Shown here piece by piece: positions 27,838-37,597 of a stretch of DNA of 64,000 bases. This DNA is from Treponemataceae bacterium (GTDB lineage Bacteria; Spirochaetota; Spirochaetia; Treponematales; Rectinemataceae): contig CAXXVZ010000005.1 in NCBI GenBank assembly GCA_963678065.2, forward strand, positions 96,001 through 160,000. The letters are read 5' to 3'. The notes under the pieces were generated by a model. That model worked only from the letters and a program-made list of their open reading frames with translations. It was not told the origin of the DNA and did no database searches. How positions within the stretch are numbered: the first letter of the stretch is position 1; each line of letters begins with the position of its first letter. The position numbers and the translations under genes were made by a program.

Positions 27838-29355
27838 ATGAAAACATATTTCCTCGGAATCGACAACGGCGGCACGCTCACCAAGGCGGTGATATCGGAC
27901 AGCGAAGGCAGGGAAATCGCCTCGGCTTCGCGCAAGGTACCCCTCATCATGCCCCAGCCGGGCTTCACCGAGCGCGACATGGACCTGCTCTGGCGGGCCA
28001 ACTGCGACGCGATCCGGGAAGCCCTCTTTCTGTCCGGCGCCCAGCCAGCCGAGATACGCGGCATCGCGTGCACCGGCCACGGGAAGGGTCTGTACCTCTG
28101 GGGGCGCGACGGGAAGCCCGCGTACAACGGCATCGTCTCGACCGACACGCGGGCCTGGGCCTATCCCGAGCAGTGGGAAAAGGACGGCACTGCCGCGAAG
28201 GTCTACGAAAAGACCTACCAGAAAATCCTCGCCTGCCAGCCCGTCTCCCTCCTGCGCTGGCTGAAGGACAACAGGCCGGGCATCCTCGGGAATGTCCGGT
28301 GGATTTTCGAGGTCAAGGACTACATACGGTTCATGCTCACGGGAGAGGCCTTCGCCGAAATCACGGACTATTCCGGATCGGGCCTCATGAACCTCCGGGA
28401 TACGTGTTTCGACCGGGAATTGCTGGAGGATTTCGGGCTGGGCGAGGTGATGGACAGGCTTCCGCCCCTGCGCTACTCGACCGAGCGCTGCGGCAGCATA
28501 TCCGCCAAAGCCGCGGCGGCGACGGGCCTTCGCGAAGGAACACCTGTCGCCGGCGGCATGTTCGACATCGACGCCTGCGCCGTCGCCGTGGACGTGACCG
28601 ACGAAGAGAACCTCTGCGTCATCGCCGGGACCTGGAGCATCAACGAATATGTCTCCAGAACTCCCGTTCTCAACAAAACCGTCATGATGAATTCCCTGTT
28701 CTGCCTGCCCGGATACTATCTCGTCGAAGAGAGCAGCCCGACCTCGGCGGGAAACTACGAGTGGTTCTGCAAGCTTTTTCTCGACGAGGAAAAGAGGGAA
28801 GCACAATCGCGCGGCATCAGTCTCTACGAACTCGCCGGGGACATGGCCGCCGGTGTCCCACCCGACGGACAGAGCATCGTGTTCCTGCCCTACATTTTCG
28901 GCTCGAACTACAATCCCCAGGCGCGCGCCTGCTTCGTGGGCCTTTCAGGCGCGAACACCCGCGCCCAGATAATCCGCGCGGTGCTCGAGGGGATCGTATT
29001 CTGCCACATGGTCCACGTGGAAAAACTGCTGGCAAACAGAAAACGCGGCCCGGCCGTCAGGCTCGCGGGCGGGGCTGCCAACTCGAAGGTCTGGGTCAAG
29101 ATCTTCGCCGATGTGTTCCAGCTCCCGGTCGAAATTGTCGATGTCGCGGAACTCGGCGCCCTCGGCTGCGCCATGGCTGCGGCCGTCGCTTCGGGAGTGT
29201 ACGCAGACCTGAAAGAGGCCGCGAAGCACATGGTGAAGATCAAGTATCGCCAGGAACCGGAAATCGCGAACGCCGCGATCTACGCAGGAAAATACTCCCT
29301 TTACCGGAAGGTTTCGGAGGCGCTCGATGGCCTCTGGAAAGAATTCCCTGCCTGA
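27838..29355 (+). CDS. FGGY-family carbohydrate kinase (L-xylulokinase-like)
   Basis: YFLGIDNGGT, GHGKGLY, GIVSTDTRA, GGMFD, IAGTWSINE, LAGGAANS. Confidence 0.9.
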   Translation: MKTYFLGIDNGGTLTKAVISDSEGREIASASRKVPLIMPQPGFTERDMDLLWRANCDAIREALFLSGAQPAEIRGIACTGHGKGLYLWGRDGKPAYNGIVSTDTRAWAYPEQWEKDGTAAKVYEKTYQKILACQPVSLLRWLKDNRPGILGNVRWIFEVKDYIRFMLTGEAFAEITDYSGSGLMNLRDTCFDRELLEDFGLGEVMDRLPPLRYSTERCGSISAKAAAATGLREGTPVAGGMFDIDACAVAVDVTDEENLCVIAGTWSINEYVSRTPVLNKTVMMNSLFCLPGYYLVEESSPTSAGNYEWFCKLFLDEEKREAQSRGISLYELAGDMAAGVPPDGQSIVFLPYIFGSNYNPQARACFVGLSGANTRAQIIRAVLEGIVFCHMVHVEKLLANRKRGPAVRLAGGAANSKVWVKIFADVFQLPVEIVDVAELGALGCAMAAAVASGVYADLKEAAKHMVKIKYRQEPEIANAAIYAGKYSLYRKVSEALDGLWKEFPA

Positions 29356-29479
29356 CAACTGAGTCAACAACTCCGAGCCCACAAACAGAGGCTGCCTGAT
29401 GCCGCGGGTCTTGGTTGTGGGCGGGCGGAATCGGGCGAGGCCGGACTTGTCGCCCGGCCCAGATCGGCTTAAGGGTCTC

Positions 29480-30343
29480 TCAGCCCGCGAACTCCGCCAT
29501 CAGGGCACTTTTCATTTCGGCCACCGGGGCTTCGAGGCCCGTCCAGATCCGGAATCCGATGGCGCCCTGATTGACGAGCATACCCAGCCCGTCGAGGGTT
29601 TTGGCGCCACGCTTTTCCGCCTCCCGGAGGAAGAGCGTCCGCGGCGGGTTGGGAATGACATCGCAGACGACCATTCCGGCGCCGATGCTCCGATAATCGA
29701 TATCCGGCCTGTCATCCACGCCAGGATAGAGCCCGATCGAGGTCGCGTTCACGAGAATATCCGTATCCGCCGGAATGGCGATTCCTTTTGTCCAGGGCGA
29801 GTAGCGCGCCTTCACCGGAGTCTTTTCGCCAAGGAGGCCCGCGAGGGTTTCGCCGCGCGTTCTGTCCCTGTTGACGACAGTTATGTCCAGGGCGCCGTGG
29901 AGGGCGAGTTCGACCGTGATGGCCCGGGCCGCGCCGCCAGCGCCGAGCACGACGACGCGCTTGCCCTCTGGATCGACCCCCGCCTCCTCCCGCAACGAGG
30001 CGAGAAAACCCTTGCCGTCGGTGTTTTCGCCGTACGACAGACCATCCTTCTGGTAGACCGTGTTCACGGCCCCGATGAGACGGGCGTCCGAGGCGACCGC
30101 GTCGAGATATTTGAGGACCTCGACCTTGTGCGGAATCGTCAAGTTGATGCCGCGCATATTGAAGGCTTTGAGTCCCGCGATCGCAGCCGCCAGATCTTCG
30201 GGCCGCACTTCCAGAGTGAGGTAGCGCCAGTCGAGACCCGCCGCCCGGAATCCTGCCTCGATCATGACTATCGTCGGATTTTCAGCGACCGGGTAGCCGA
30301 AGACTCCGACCAGTTCCGACTTGTAACTCTTTGACCCAGCCAT
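29480..30343 (-). CDS. aroE: Shikimate/quinate dehydrogenase family protein
   Basis: GINLTIPHK, GAVNT, NTDG, GAGGAA, NATSIG, GLGMLVNQG; N-terminal ENPT replaces the canonical HSxS. Confidence 0.8.
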   Translation of the reverse strand: MAGSKSYKSELVGVFGYPVAENPTIVMIEAGFRAAGLDWRYLTLEVRPEDLAAAIAGLKAFNMRGINLTIPHKVEVLKYLDAVASDARLIGAVNTVYQKDGLSYGENTDGKGFLASLREEAGVDPEGKRVVVLGAGGAARAITVELALHGALDITVVNRDRTRGETLAGLLGEKTPVKARYSPWTKGIAIPADTDILVNATSIGLYPGVDDRPDIDYRSIGAGMVVCDVIPNPPRTLFLREAEKRGAKTLDGLGMLVNQGAIGFRIWTGLEAPVAEMKSALMAEFAG

Positions 30344-30356
30344 ACACCACCTTCCT

Positions 30357-31496
30357 TTAAGGGCGTTCCCAGGAGCCTGAGGCGGCCGAAGCCAGCGCCG
30401 CGTCACAGACGAGCTGCGTGCGATAGGCATCCGCGAAATCGGGACAGAGCTTTACACCCCGTTCGAGGCCGTAGAGGAAGTCCGACACAACGTGGATGAA
30501 GCTGTGCTCGTAGCCGATCGCGCAGCCCGGCACCCACCAGTTGCCCATATAGGGATGATGCGCCCCGTCCCATACCTGTATTTTCGAGAAGCCGCGGCAG
30601 GCCGGATCCACCCGATGGTCATAGTATTCCAGGACATGGGCGTCTTCAAGGTCGAAGGCGATCGTACCGAGTTCGCCGTTGATCTCGAAGCTGTTCTGGT
30701 TCTTCCGCCCGCGGGCGAAGCGGGTTGACTCGAAGGTACCCATCGCGCCGTTCTCGAAACGGGCGAGGAAGGCGCAGGCATCCTCGATCTCGACTTTCGC
30801 GGACTTGGACGGATCATTCTGAAGGCGCCGCTCGGCAATAAAGGTGCCACTCATCGCGGAGAGCTCCCGGATGGGCCCGACAAGCCAGAGCGCGAGGTCG
30901 ATGGAGTGCGCGAGGAGATCGCCGGTCACTCCCGAGCCCGCGGCTTTCGCGTCGAGCCGCCACAGTGTCGTGCCCCCCATGGGAAGATCGGAGCTCATTG
31001 TCCAGTCCTGAAGATACTTTGCCCGATAGTGAAAAATGCGGCCGAGCCGCCCTTCCTCGATCATCCGCCTGGCAAGCGATACCGCGGGCACCCTTCGGTA
31101 GTTGAAGCACACCATGGATTGCACGCCAGCCCGGGAGACAGCCTCGACCATGAGGGCGGCTTCCTCTGCGTTCCGCGCGAGGGGTTTCTCGCAGACGATC
31201 ATCTTGCCGGCCTTCGCCGCGGCGAGCGCGATGTCCAGGTGCGTGTCGTTGGGGCTGCAGATGTCGATCAGATCGATATCGGAACGTTCAATGAGGCGGC
31301 GCCAATCGGTCTCGACTCCCTCCCAACCCCAGTTCTCGGCGAAAGGCCCCAGCTCGGCGGCGTCACGACCGCAGGCGGCCTTGAGCACCGGACGGATGGT
31401 ATGAGGAAAAAATTTACAGACTTGGGAGTAAGCGTTCGAGTGGGCGCGGCCCATGAATCCATGGCCGATAAGACCGACATTGATGCGATCCTTCAA
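30357..31496 (-). CDS. Gfo/Idh/MocA-family oxidoreductase
   Basis: GLIGHGFMGRAHS, CEKPLA, FNYR, GDLLAHSID. Confidence 0.9.
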   Translation of the reverse strand: MKDRINVGLIGHGFMGRAHSNAYSQVCKFFPHTIRPVLKAACGRDAAELGPFAENWGWEGVETDWRRLIERSDIDLIDICSPNDTHLDIALAAAKAGKMIVCEKPLARNAEEAALMVEAVSRAGVQSMVCFNYRRVPAVSLARRMIEEGRLGRIFHYRAKYLQDWTMSSDLPMGGTTLWRLDAKAAGSGVTGDLLAHSIDLALWLVGPIRELSAMSGTFIAERRLQNDPSKSAKVEIEDACAFLARFENGAMGTFESTRFARGRKNQNSFEINGELGTIAFDLEDAHVLEYYDHRVDPACRGFSKIQVWDGAHHPYMGNWWVPGCAIGYEHSFIHVVSDFLYGLERGVKLCPDFADAYRTQLVCDAALASAASGSWERP

Positions 31497-31545
31497 GGCT
31501 TTTCCTCCCCGGGTCCGATCGCGCGACCGGACCCGGATTTCTTCA

Positions 31546-32496
31546 TCAGAACTTATCAGGAGTCTGGAGGAGCTTCTGAACCGCGGGCGAATTGTAATTT
31601 TCTTTGGTGATGAGCACAGGGGGAAGCTCGATCTTTTTCTTGTCGACCTTCTGTCCCTTTATCACCTTGTCGATAACGCCGACGCCTTCGTAACCCATCT
31701 GATAAGGATCCTGGGCGATGATCGCGTTGATGGTTCCGTCTTCGAACATTCCGAGGATCTCGGGACTCGGGTCAAAGGTCACGATCTTCACCTTCTTGTC
31801 CACGCCTTTTGCCTTGACCGCCTGGGCAATACCGACCGCGGTGGGAGCGCAGGCCGAAAAGAATCCCGCGAGGCTGGGGTTGCCGGTGAGCAGGTCGGTG
31901 GCGATGTTCATCGAGGCCGCCGCATCGGCGTTGGTCCACTGGATCGGAAGGACTTTCATGCCGGGATATTTCTTGATCGCTTCGTTGAAGCCCACGGATC
32001 GCTGTGAACTGACCGAGCCGGCCTGGATGCCGAGATTTGCGACGAGGCCCTTGCCGCCGAGGAGTTTCGCCATCTGGATGCCCGCGTCGTAGCCGCCCTG
32101 ATAGTTGTCGCAGGTGATGGAGCCGTAGGGCGCGTCGGAATCAATGCCCGAATCTACCATCACGACAGGCACTTTGGCCTTTATCGCACTCTCCACGGAG
32201 GGGATGAGGGCTTTCGAATCGAGGGCCGCGAGGAGGATGCCCGCAGGTTTCTTGGCAGTGATGTTGCGGACCAGGTCTACCTGGGTATTCATGTCAGCCT
32301 CGTTCGACGGTCCCTGATAGTCGATCGTATAACCCAGTTCCTTTGCGCGGTCTTGGGCGCCTTTTACGAGGAAAAGGTAAAAGGTTGCCGATGTCGACTT
32401 GGGAATGAAGACGATCGTCTTCGACTGGGCGAAGGCGGTGCCCCCGAGTACGAGAAAGATCAGGACTAGCGGAATCAGGACAGAACTTCTCTTCAT
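31546..32496 (-). CDS. Sugar ABC transporter substrate-binding protein
   Basis: Signal peptide; FIPK, VPVVMVDSG, DNYQGG, VTFD, QDPYQMG. Confidence 0.9.
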   Translation of the reverse strand: MKRSSVLIPLVLIFLVLGGTAFAQSKTIVFIPKSTSATFYLFLVKGAQDRAKELGYTIDYQGPSNEADMNTQVDLVRNITAKKPAGILLAALDSKALIPSVESAIKAKVPVVMVDSGIDSDAPYGSITCDNYQGGYDAGIQMAKLLGGKGLVANLGIQAGSVSSQRSVGFNEAIKKYPGMKVLPIQWTNADAAASMNIATDLLTGNPSLAGFFSACAPTAVGIAQAVKAKGVDKKVKIVTFDPSPEILGMFEDGTINAIIAQDPYQMGYEGVGVIDKVIKGQKVDKKKIELPPVLITKENYNSPAVQKLLQTPDKF

Positions 32497-32546
32497 GACG
32501 ACCCTCCGGAAATTCGAGATCCCGATTCGACGAATCGGGTAGATGC

Positions 32547-33533
32547 TTATTTATGCCGGCGCAGCTGGTCCACAGCCACGGCGCTGATGATTATCATTCC
32601 GTTGACGACGAGCTGCCAGAAAGCGTTGACGCCGATGATATTGAGGCCGTTCCGGATCGTAGTGACAATGACCGCGCCGATGAGGGTGGCGACGATGCTG
32701 CCTTCCCCGCCGAAGGTGCTCGTGCCGCCGATAACCACCGCGCCGATCGCGAGGAGCTCGTAGCCGTTTCCTCCCGCGGGCTGCACGGTTCCGAGCCGGC
32801 CCGCCTCGATGGTGGAGGCGATGCCGCAGAGGAGGCCGCTGATGGCGTATATACCGATAGTCACCTTGCCCACGGGAATGCCGGACAGGCGGGAAGCTTC
32901 GGCGTTGCTGCCGATCGCCAGAGTGAAGCGACCGAATCGCGTGAAGGTAATCAGAAGATAAATGAGGACGAATACAACAAGCATGATTACCGTGGGCACC
33001 GGGATGAGATTGAAAAGCTTGCCCTGTCCGATCCACTGGTAGCCCTTGTCCAGGCCGAAAATCGGGATGCCGCGTGAAAAAATCAGCGCGAAGCCCCGTG
33101 CGATCCCCATGAGTCCGAGGGTTGCGATGAAGGGCGGAACCCTCAATTTCGTGATGATGAGACCGCTGATCAAGCCCATGAGGGCTCCGAAACAGAGCGT
33201 CGCGGCGAGGGAAAAAAAGAGGCTGTGGGTCCATTGGAACACGATCCCGCCCACAACGGCGGAGCAGGCGAAGACCGACCCAACGGAGAGATCGATCCCT
33301 CCCGAGAAGATGATGAGGGTTTCGCCCGCCGCGATGATGGCGATGACAGCCGTCTGCAGGGTGATCTCGAAGATGTTGCTGACCGTGAAGAAGTAGGGCG
33401 ACAGGAATGCGAGCACTATCCACATTGCCACCAGGATAAGGAACATCGAAAACGCCTGGTTCTTGAGGGATCTGGCGATGAAGCGCGGTGCGAGCGTTCT
33501 TCCCTCTCGCGTGGGCTCTGTGATTGTACTCAT
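32547..33533 (-). CDS. Sugar ABC transporter permease
   Basis: GGIDLSVGS, PPFIATLG, AIGSNAEASRLSGI, GYELLAIGAVVIGG. Confidence 0.92.
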   Translation of the reverse strand: MSTITEPTREGRTLAPRFIARSLKNQAFSMFLILVAMWIVLAFLSPYFFTVSNIFEITLQTAVIAIIAAGETLIIFSGGIDLSVGSVFACSAVVGGIVFQWTHSLFFSLAATLCFGALMGLISGLIITKLRVPPFIATLGLMGIARGFALIFSRGIPIFGLDKGYQWIGQGKLFNLIPVPTVIMLVVFVLIYLLITFTRFGRFTLAIGSNAEASRLSGIPVGKVTIGIYAISGLLCGIASTIEAGRLGTVQPAGGNGYELLAIGAVVIGGTSTFGGEGSIVATLIGAVIVTTIRNGLNIIGVNAFWQLVVNGMIIISAVAVDQLRRHK

Positions 33534-35035
33534 GCGATATCCTTTTGTTTGGCGCCGAGACTGTATTGCATGATCTCATGCTTGGAGCTCGTCCCGGGAT
33601 CGAGTTCGGCGACGATCCGCCCCCGCGACATCACGAGGGTCCTGCTCGAAATTTCCAGGATCTCGTCCATATCGCTCGAGATGAAGATCACCGAGCGGCC
33701 GGGCTTGCGGGCGAAGGCCCTGATGAGTTCGTAAATCTCGCTTCGCGCGCCGACGTCGATGCCGATGGTGGGTTCGTCGAGGATAAGAAGGCGACAGTCG
33801 GCCATGAGCCACTTGCCGAGGACGACTTTCTGTTTGTTGCCGCCGCTCAGGTACTTTACCTGCTGAGAGAGCCCGGGGGTCCTCACCGCTATGGCATCCA
33901 CAATGTTCTGGACGGAGCGGCGTTCGCCTGAATGACTGAATAAAAAGCTGCGGAGCCGCGAGAGAAAAGCGAGGGTCATGTTTTCCTTGACGCCCATATT
34001 GAGGCAGAGGCCGCACTCATCACGGTCCTCCGGCAAGTAGCCGATGCCGCGAAGCACAGCATCGCGGGGAGAAGTCACGACGATCGGCGAGCCCCCGAGA
34101 AGCAACCGACCCGAAACGAGACGGTCGATGCCGAAGATCGCCCGCGCGAGTTCGGTCTTGCCGGAGCCCACGAGGCCGGTGACGCCAAGGATTTCGTTCG
34201 CGCGCAACCGGAGACTGATCGGTTCCGGAAAATTCCGGTTCTGCAGCCTTTCGACCTCCAGAAAGTTTTCTCCCGCCTCAAGAAGAACCCGCTCGCCGCG
34301 GGAGGACATGGCCTTGCCGATCATGATGGCGATGAGCTCTTCGGTCCCTGTCGTCTTCGGATCGACCGTCGCGATGGTCGATCCATCCCGGAGTACGGTC
34401 ACCCTGTCGCCGATCCGCTTGATCTCCTCGAGCTTGTGGGAGATGTAGATTACGCCGATGCCGCGGGCCTTGATCCGCGCGATGGCCGAGAAGAGAATCT
34501 CGACCTCCTTCTCGCTCAGGGCGGCGGTCGGCTCATCCATGATGAGGATCTTCGCGTTTTTGGAGAGGGCGATGGCTATCTCGAGCATCTGTTTCTTGGA
34601 GACGCTCAAATCCTTCACGCGAGCGTGGAGATCGATGTCGAAATCGAGGGTGGCAAGAGTCTCTTTCGCGCGGCGGAACACGGTACCCCATCGGATCAGC
34701 GGGCCGCCTCCGGCAAAGCCGGGCAGCACGAGGTTCTCGGCGACACTCAAATGGGGAACCACGTGGAAGTTCTGATAGATCGTCACGATCCCCCATTCCT
34801 CGGCGAGGCTCGGTCCGAAACGAGAGGGTTCGACGCGGCGGCCGTCGATTTCGATGCTGCCCGAGTCGAATCCATAGGCGCCCGAGAGCACTTTGATCAG
34901 TGTGGACTTACCCGCTCCGTTCTCTCCGAGAAGGACGTGCACTTCGCCGCGATCGAGATCGAAATCGACGTCCTTGAGCGCCTTGACGCCGAAGAAAGTC
35001 TTGCTGATTCCCTTCATCACAAGCAACTTGGCCAT
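33530..35035 (-). CDS. Sugar ABC transporter ATP-binding protein
   Basis: GENGAGKS, MDEPT, LSGGNKQK, DEPTIGIDVGAR. Confidence 0.92.
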   Translation of the reverse strand: MAKLLVMKGISKTFFGVKALKDVDFDLDRGEVHVLLGENGAGKSTLIKVLSGAYGFDSGSIEIDGRRVEPSRFGPSLAEEWGIVTIYQNFHVVPHLSVAENLVLPGFAGGGPLIRWGTVFRRAKETLATLDFDIDLHARVKDLSVSKKQMLEIAIALSKNAKILIMDEPTAALSEKEVEILFSAIARIKARGIGVIYISHKLEEIKRIGDRVTVLRDGSTIATVDPKTTGTEELIAIMIGKAMSSRGERVLLEAGENFLEVERLQNRNFPEPISLRLRANEILGVTGLVGSGKTELARAIFGIDRLVSGRLLLGGSPIVVTSPRDAVLRGIGYLPEDRDECGLCLNMGVKENMTLAFLSRLRSFLFSHSGERRSVQNIVDAIAVRTPGLSQQVKYLSGGNKQKVVLGKWLMADCRLLILDEPTIGIDVGARSEIYELIRAFARKPGRSVIFISSDMDEILEISSRTLVMSRGRIVAELDPGTSSKHEIMQYSLGAKQKDIA

Positions 35036-35107
35036 GTTCCTGCCTCAGGCTTTTCTTCGGAGCCAACGGGTATTAACAAAGTTCCACAACGGTGCAGAGC
35101 AATTTCA

Positions 35108-35141
35108 AGAAAACGTTATCACGAGGAAATGAAGCTGTCAA
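35108..35141 (-). promoter_or_regulatory. Promoter of the second ABC operon with an overlapping LacI-type site
   Basis: Minus strand TTGACA-N17-TAACGT with extended TG; overlapping site AGAAAACGTTATCA on the plus strand. Confidence 0.55.
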
Positions 35142-35217
35142 GTTTTATTTTTACGTTTATTTGATATTTTTATCTATATGCAATAAAACAACTTATAATA
35201 AATAGATGATTATTATT

Positions 35218-35264
35218 TTGACAGATGGCAAAAACAAGGCTATAGTTCGTGGTAACGTTACCAC
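35218..35264 (+). promoter_or_regulatory. Sigma70 promoter plus perfect LacI-type operator GTGGTAACGTTACCAC
   Basis: TTGACA(35218)-N17-TATAGT(35241); 16-bp palindrome at 35249-35264. Confidence 0.75.
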
Positions 35265-35289
35265 AGATTCTTAACTGGGGAGGTCTTCA

Positions 35290-36501
35290 ATGAAGGCGAC
35301 CGTCATCGAAAATTCCTTTGAGCAGGGCGATGGTATCCTGCGTCTCGTTCCCACATGGGTGCCGAGAAGTTTCTGCATTCCGGGGAGGAGGATAAAGCTG
35401 CACCCTGACGACTACTACGCCCTCGGGTCCAAGCGGGGCGGGCTCGACGAGCGGTGGTTCGCATCGACGACACCCGCCGACAACGGGCCGCTTACAGGGA
35501 AAGACGAAGGTCTGAGTTTCGTCGTCGCCATGGATGGTGCCCATGAGGAGCGTTTCCTCCTGCGCGATGCGGTGGCCGCGCTCGGCGGAGGTCTCATCGG
35601 CGAGAGTCTCTGGGAAAAGTATGGCAAATGGCCGATGTTCTCAAAATTCTTCGACAACAGGGACCCGCTTCCCCACCATATCCACCACCGCGAGCGACAC
35701 GCAAAACTCGTAGGGGCCGCGGGAAAGCCGGAAGCGTATTTCTTCCCGACCCAGCTCAACAACCACGGAGGCACCTTCCCGTTCACCTTCTTCGGCCTCC
35801 GGCCCGGCACGACAAAGGACGAAGTTCGCCGGGCCCTCCGGAATTTCTGCAAAGGCGACAACAAGATCACCAATCTTTCAGTCGCCTACCGCCTGGAGCC
35901 GGGGACGGGCTGGGATGTGCCGCCGGGCCTGCTCCACGCGCCGGGCTCTCTGTGCACCTACGAGCCTCAAGCCGCGTCCGACGTCTTCGCCATGTACCAG
36001 TCTCTCGTCGCCGACGTGCCGATCGACGAGGAACTCCTCTGGAAAAACACTCCCAAAGAAAAGCTTGGAGACTACGATTACCTCCTCGATGTGATAGATT
36101 GGGAGGCCAATACCGACCCGGATTTCGCGGCCCACCATTTCATGGAACCCAAGGCCACCCGCCCCGCGGCTGAAATGGAAGCAGAGGGATACCGCGAGAA
36201 CTGGGTCTGCTGGCGCGATCCCGACATAAGCGCCAAGGAACTCACCATTCTGCCGGGAAGGACGGCGACTATCAGCGACCGGGGCGCCTATGGGATAATA
36301 GTCCTGCAGGGTCACGGCAGGCTTGGCGCCTGGGATGTCGAGAGCCCGGCCCTCATACGTTTCGGCGAGTTGACCAACGATGAATTCTTCATCAGCGAGG
36401 AGGCGGCTCGCAAAGGCGTCGTGATCTCGAATCCATCCGCCTGCGACCCCTTGGTCATGCTCAAGCACTTCGGGAAGGGCTGCGCGGAGATGAATGGCTA
36501 G
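35290..36501 (+). CDS. Class I mannose-6-phosphate-isomerase-like cupin, paralog 3
   Basis: Long identical blocks with paralog 1 (WVPRSFCIPGRR, KLHPDDYY, DERWFASTT, LPHHIHH, PGTGWDVPPG). Confidence 0.7.
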   Translation: MKATVIENSFEQGDGILRLVPTWVPRSFCIPGRRIKLHPDDYYALGSKRGGLDERWFASTTPADNGPLTGKDEGLSFVVAMDGAHEERFLLRDAVAALGGGLIGESLWEKYGKWPMFSKFFDNRDPLPHHIHHRERHAKLVGAAGKPEAYFFPTQLNNHGGTFPFTFFGLRPGTTKDEVRRALRNFCKGDNKITNLSVAYRLEPGTGWDVPPGLLHAPGSLCTYEPQAASDVFAMYQSLVADVPIDEELLWKNTPKEKLGDYDYLLDVIDWEANTDPDFAAHHFMEPKATRPAAEMEAEGYRENWVCWRDPDISAKELTILPGRTATISDRGAYGIIVLQGHGRLGAWDVESPALIRFGELTNDEFFISEEAARKGVVISNPSACDPLVMLKHFGKGCAEMNG

Positions 36502-36531
36502 GAAGTCGGGAACACTGTGCGAGGAGGCATG

Positions 36532-37539
36532 ATGGCGTCGATCAGGGATGTGGCCAGGCTGGCGGGGGTTTCGGTTTCAACCGTCTCGAGGGTCCTGAGC
36601 GGATCCCCGAAAGTAGACGCAGAAACCCGCCGTCGGGTCGAGCAGGCCATCGGGACCATCGGCTACAGGCCAAATCTCCTCGCCCAGGGCCTGCGCTCCA
36701 AGAGCGGGAACCTCATCGGTCTCGTGGTGCCCGAGATCCGCCACGAGACCTTTGCGAGCTTCATCGAGTACATCGAGGAAGAGGTTGCGGCCAGGGGCTA
36801 CAATCTCGTGACCGGAAACACCCACGGCCGGCCGGAGGTCGAGGGTGCCTTCATAGACAGCCTCCTGCGCCGGCACGTGGATGGCATCATCTTTTCACGG
36901 GTTTCCGACAGGAGCCAGGTTCTCAGTATCATGGCGAAGAGCAATATCCCCGCGGTCATCATCGACAGGAGCCTCGACCGCGAGGACATCCCCACGATCA
37001 TCATGGACAACTACCGCGCGGGAGTCATGGCCGCCGAACACCTCGCCGACCTGGGACACCGCCGCTTCGCGGTGATCACCGGCCCCCAGGACATAGCGCT
37101 CTGCCGCGAACGGCTCAAGGGATTCGCCGAATTCCTCGAGCGGCGCGGGCTCACTCTGCTGCGCCGCAATATCCGCGAAGGAGACTTCAAGTTTGAGTCA
37201 GGGATCGAGGCCGGGCGCAGCTTCCTGGAACGGGGAATCGAGTTCACCGCACTCTGGGCTGAAAATGACCTCATGGCTGTGGGCGCGATGAACGCCCTCA
37301 TAAGGGGCGGCAAGCGCGTCCCTGAGGAGATATCGGTAGTGGGTATGGACGACTCGACGAGCTCGAAGATGATGATCCCCGCCCTCACCACCATACGCCA
37401 GCCCTTCGAGGCCATGTGCAAAAAGGCGGTCGAGCTGATCATCGCCATGAAGAACGGCGATCCGGGCGATGAGAGGCGATTTGTCTTGCCGCCCAGCATC
37501 ATCGTAAGAGAATCGACGTCGCGCTGCGCAGCATCATAA
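36532..37539 (+). CDS. LacI-family transcriptional repressor (paralog of 23049-24065)
   Basis: SIRDVARLAGVSVSTVSRV; shares HETF, DGIIFSRVSD and IDRSLxREDIP blocks with the first LacI; RBS GAGGAGG. Confidence 0.93.
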   Translation: MASIRDVARLAGVSVSTVSRVLSGSPKVDAETRRRVEQAIGTIGYRPNLLAQGLRSKSGNLIGLVVPEIRHETFASFIEYIEEEVAARGYNLVTGNTHGRPEVEGAFIDSLLRRHVDGIIFSRVSDRSQVLSIMAKSNIPAVIIDRSLDREDIPTIIMDNYRAGVMAAEHLADLGHRRFAVITGPQDIALCRERLKGFAEFLERRGLTLLRRNIREGDFKFESGIEAGRSFLERGIEFTALWAENDLMAVGAMNALIRGGKRVPEEISVVGMDDSTSSKMMIPALTTIRQPFEAMCKKAVELIIAMKNGDPGDERRFVLPPSIIVRESTSRCAAS

Positions 37540-37597
37540 AAATGATCGACCGGGATCGCTCGCCGCCTCACGGGAACGGCGTCGCGTTTATCCGGTA

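Noticed and set aside
17838..37539. Naming the sugar island as a ribose, fucose or apiose pathway
   Set aside because: No ribokinase, fucose isomerase/aldolase or recognised apiose-pathway enzymes were seen; the substrate cannot be assigned from sequence.
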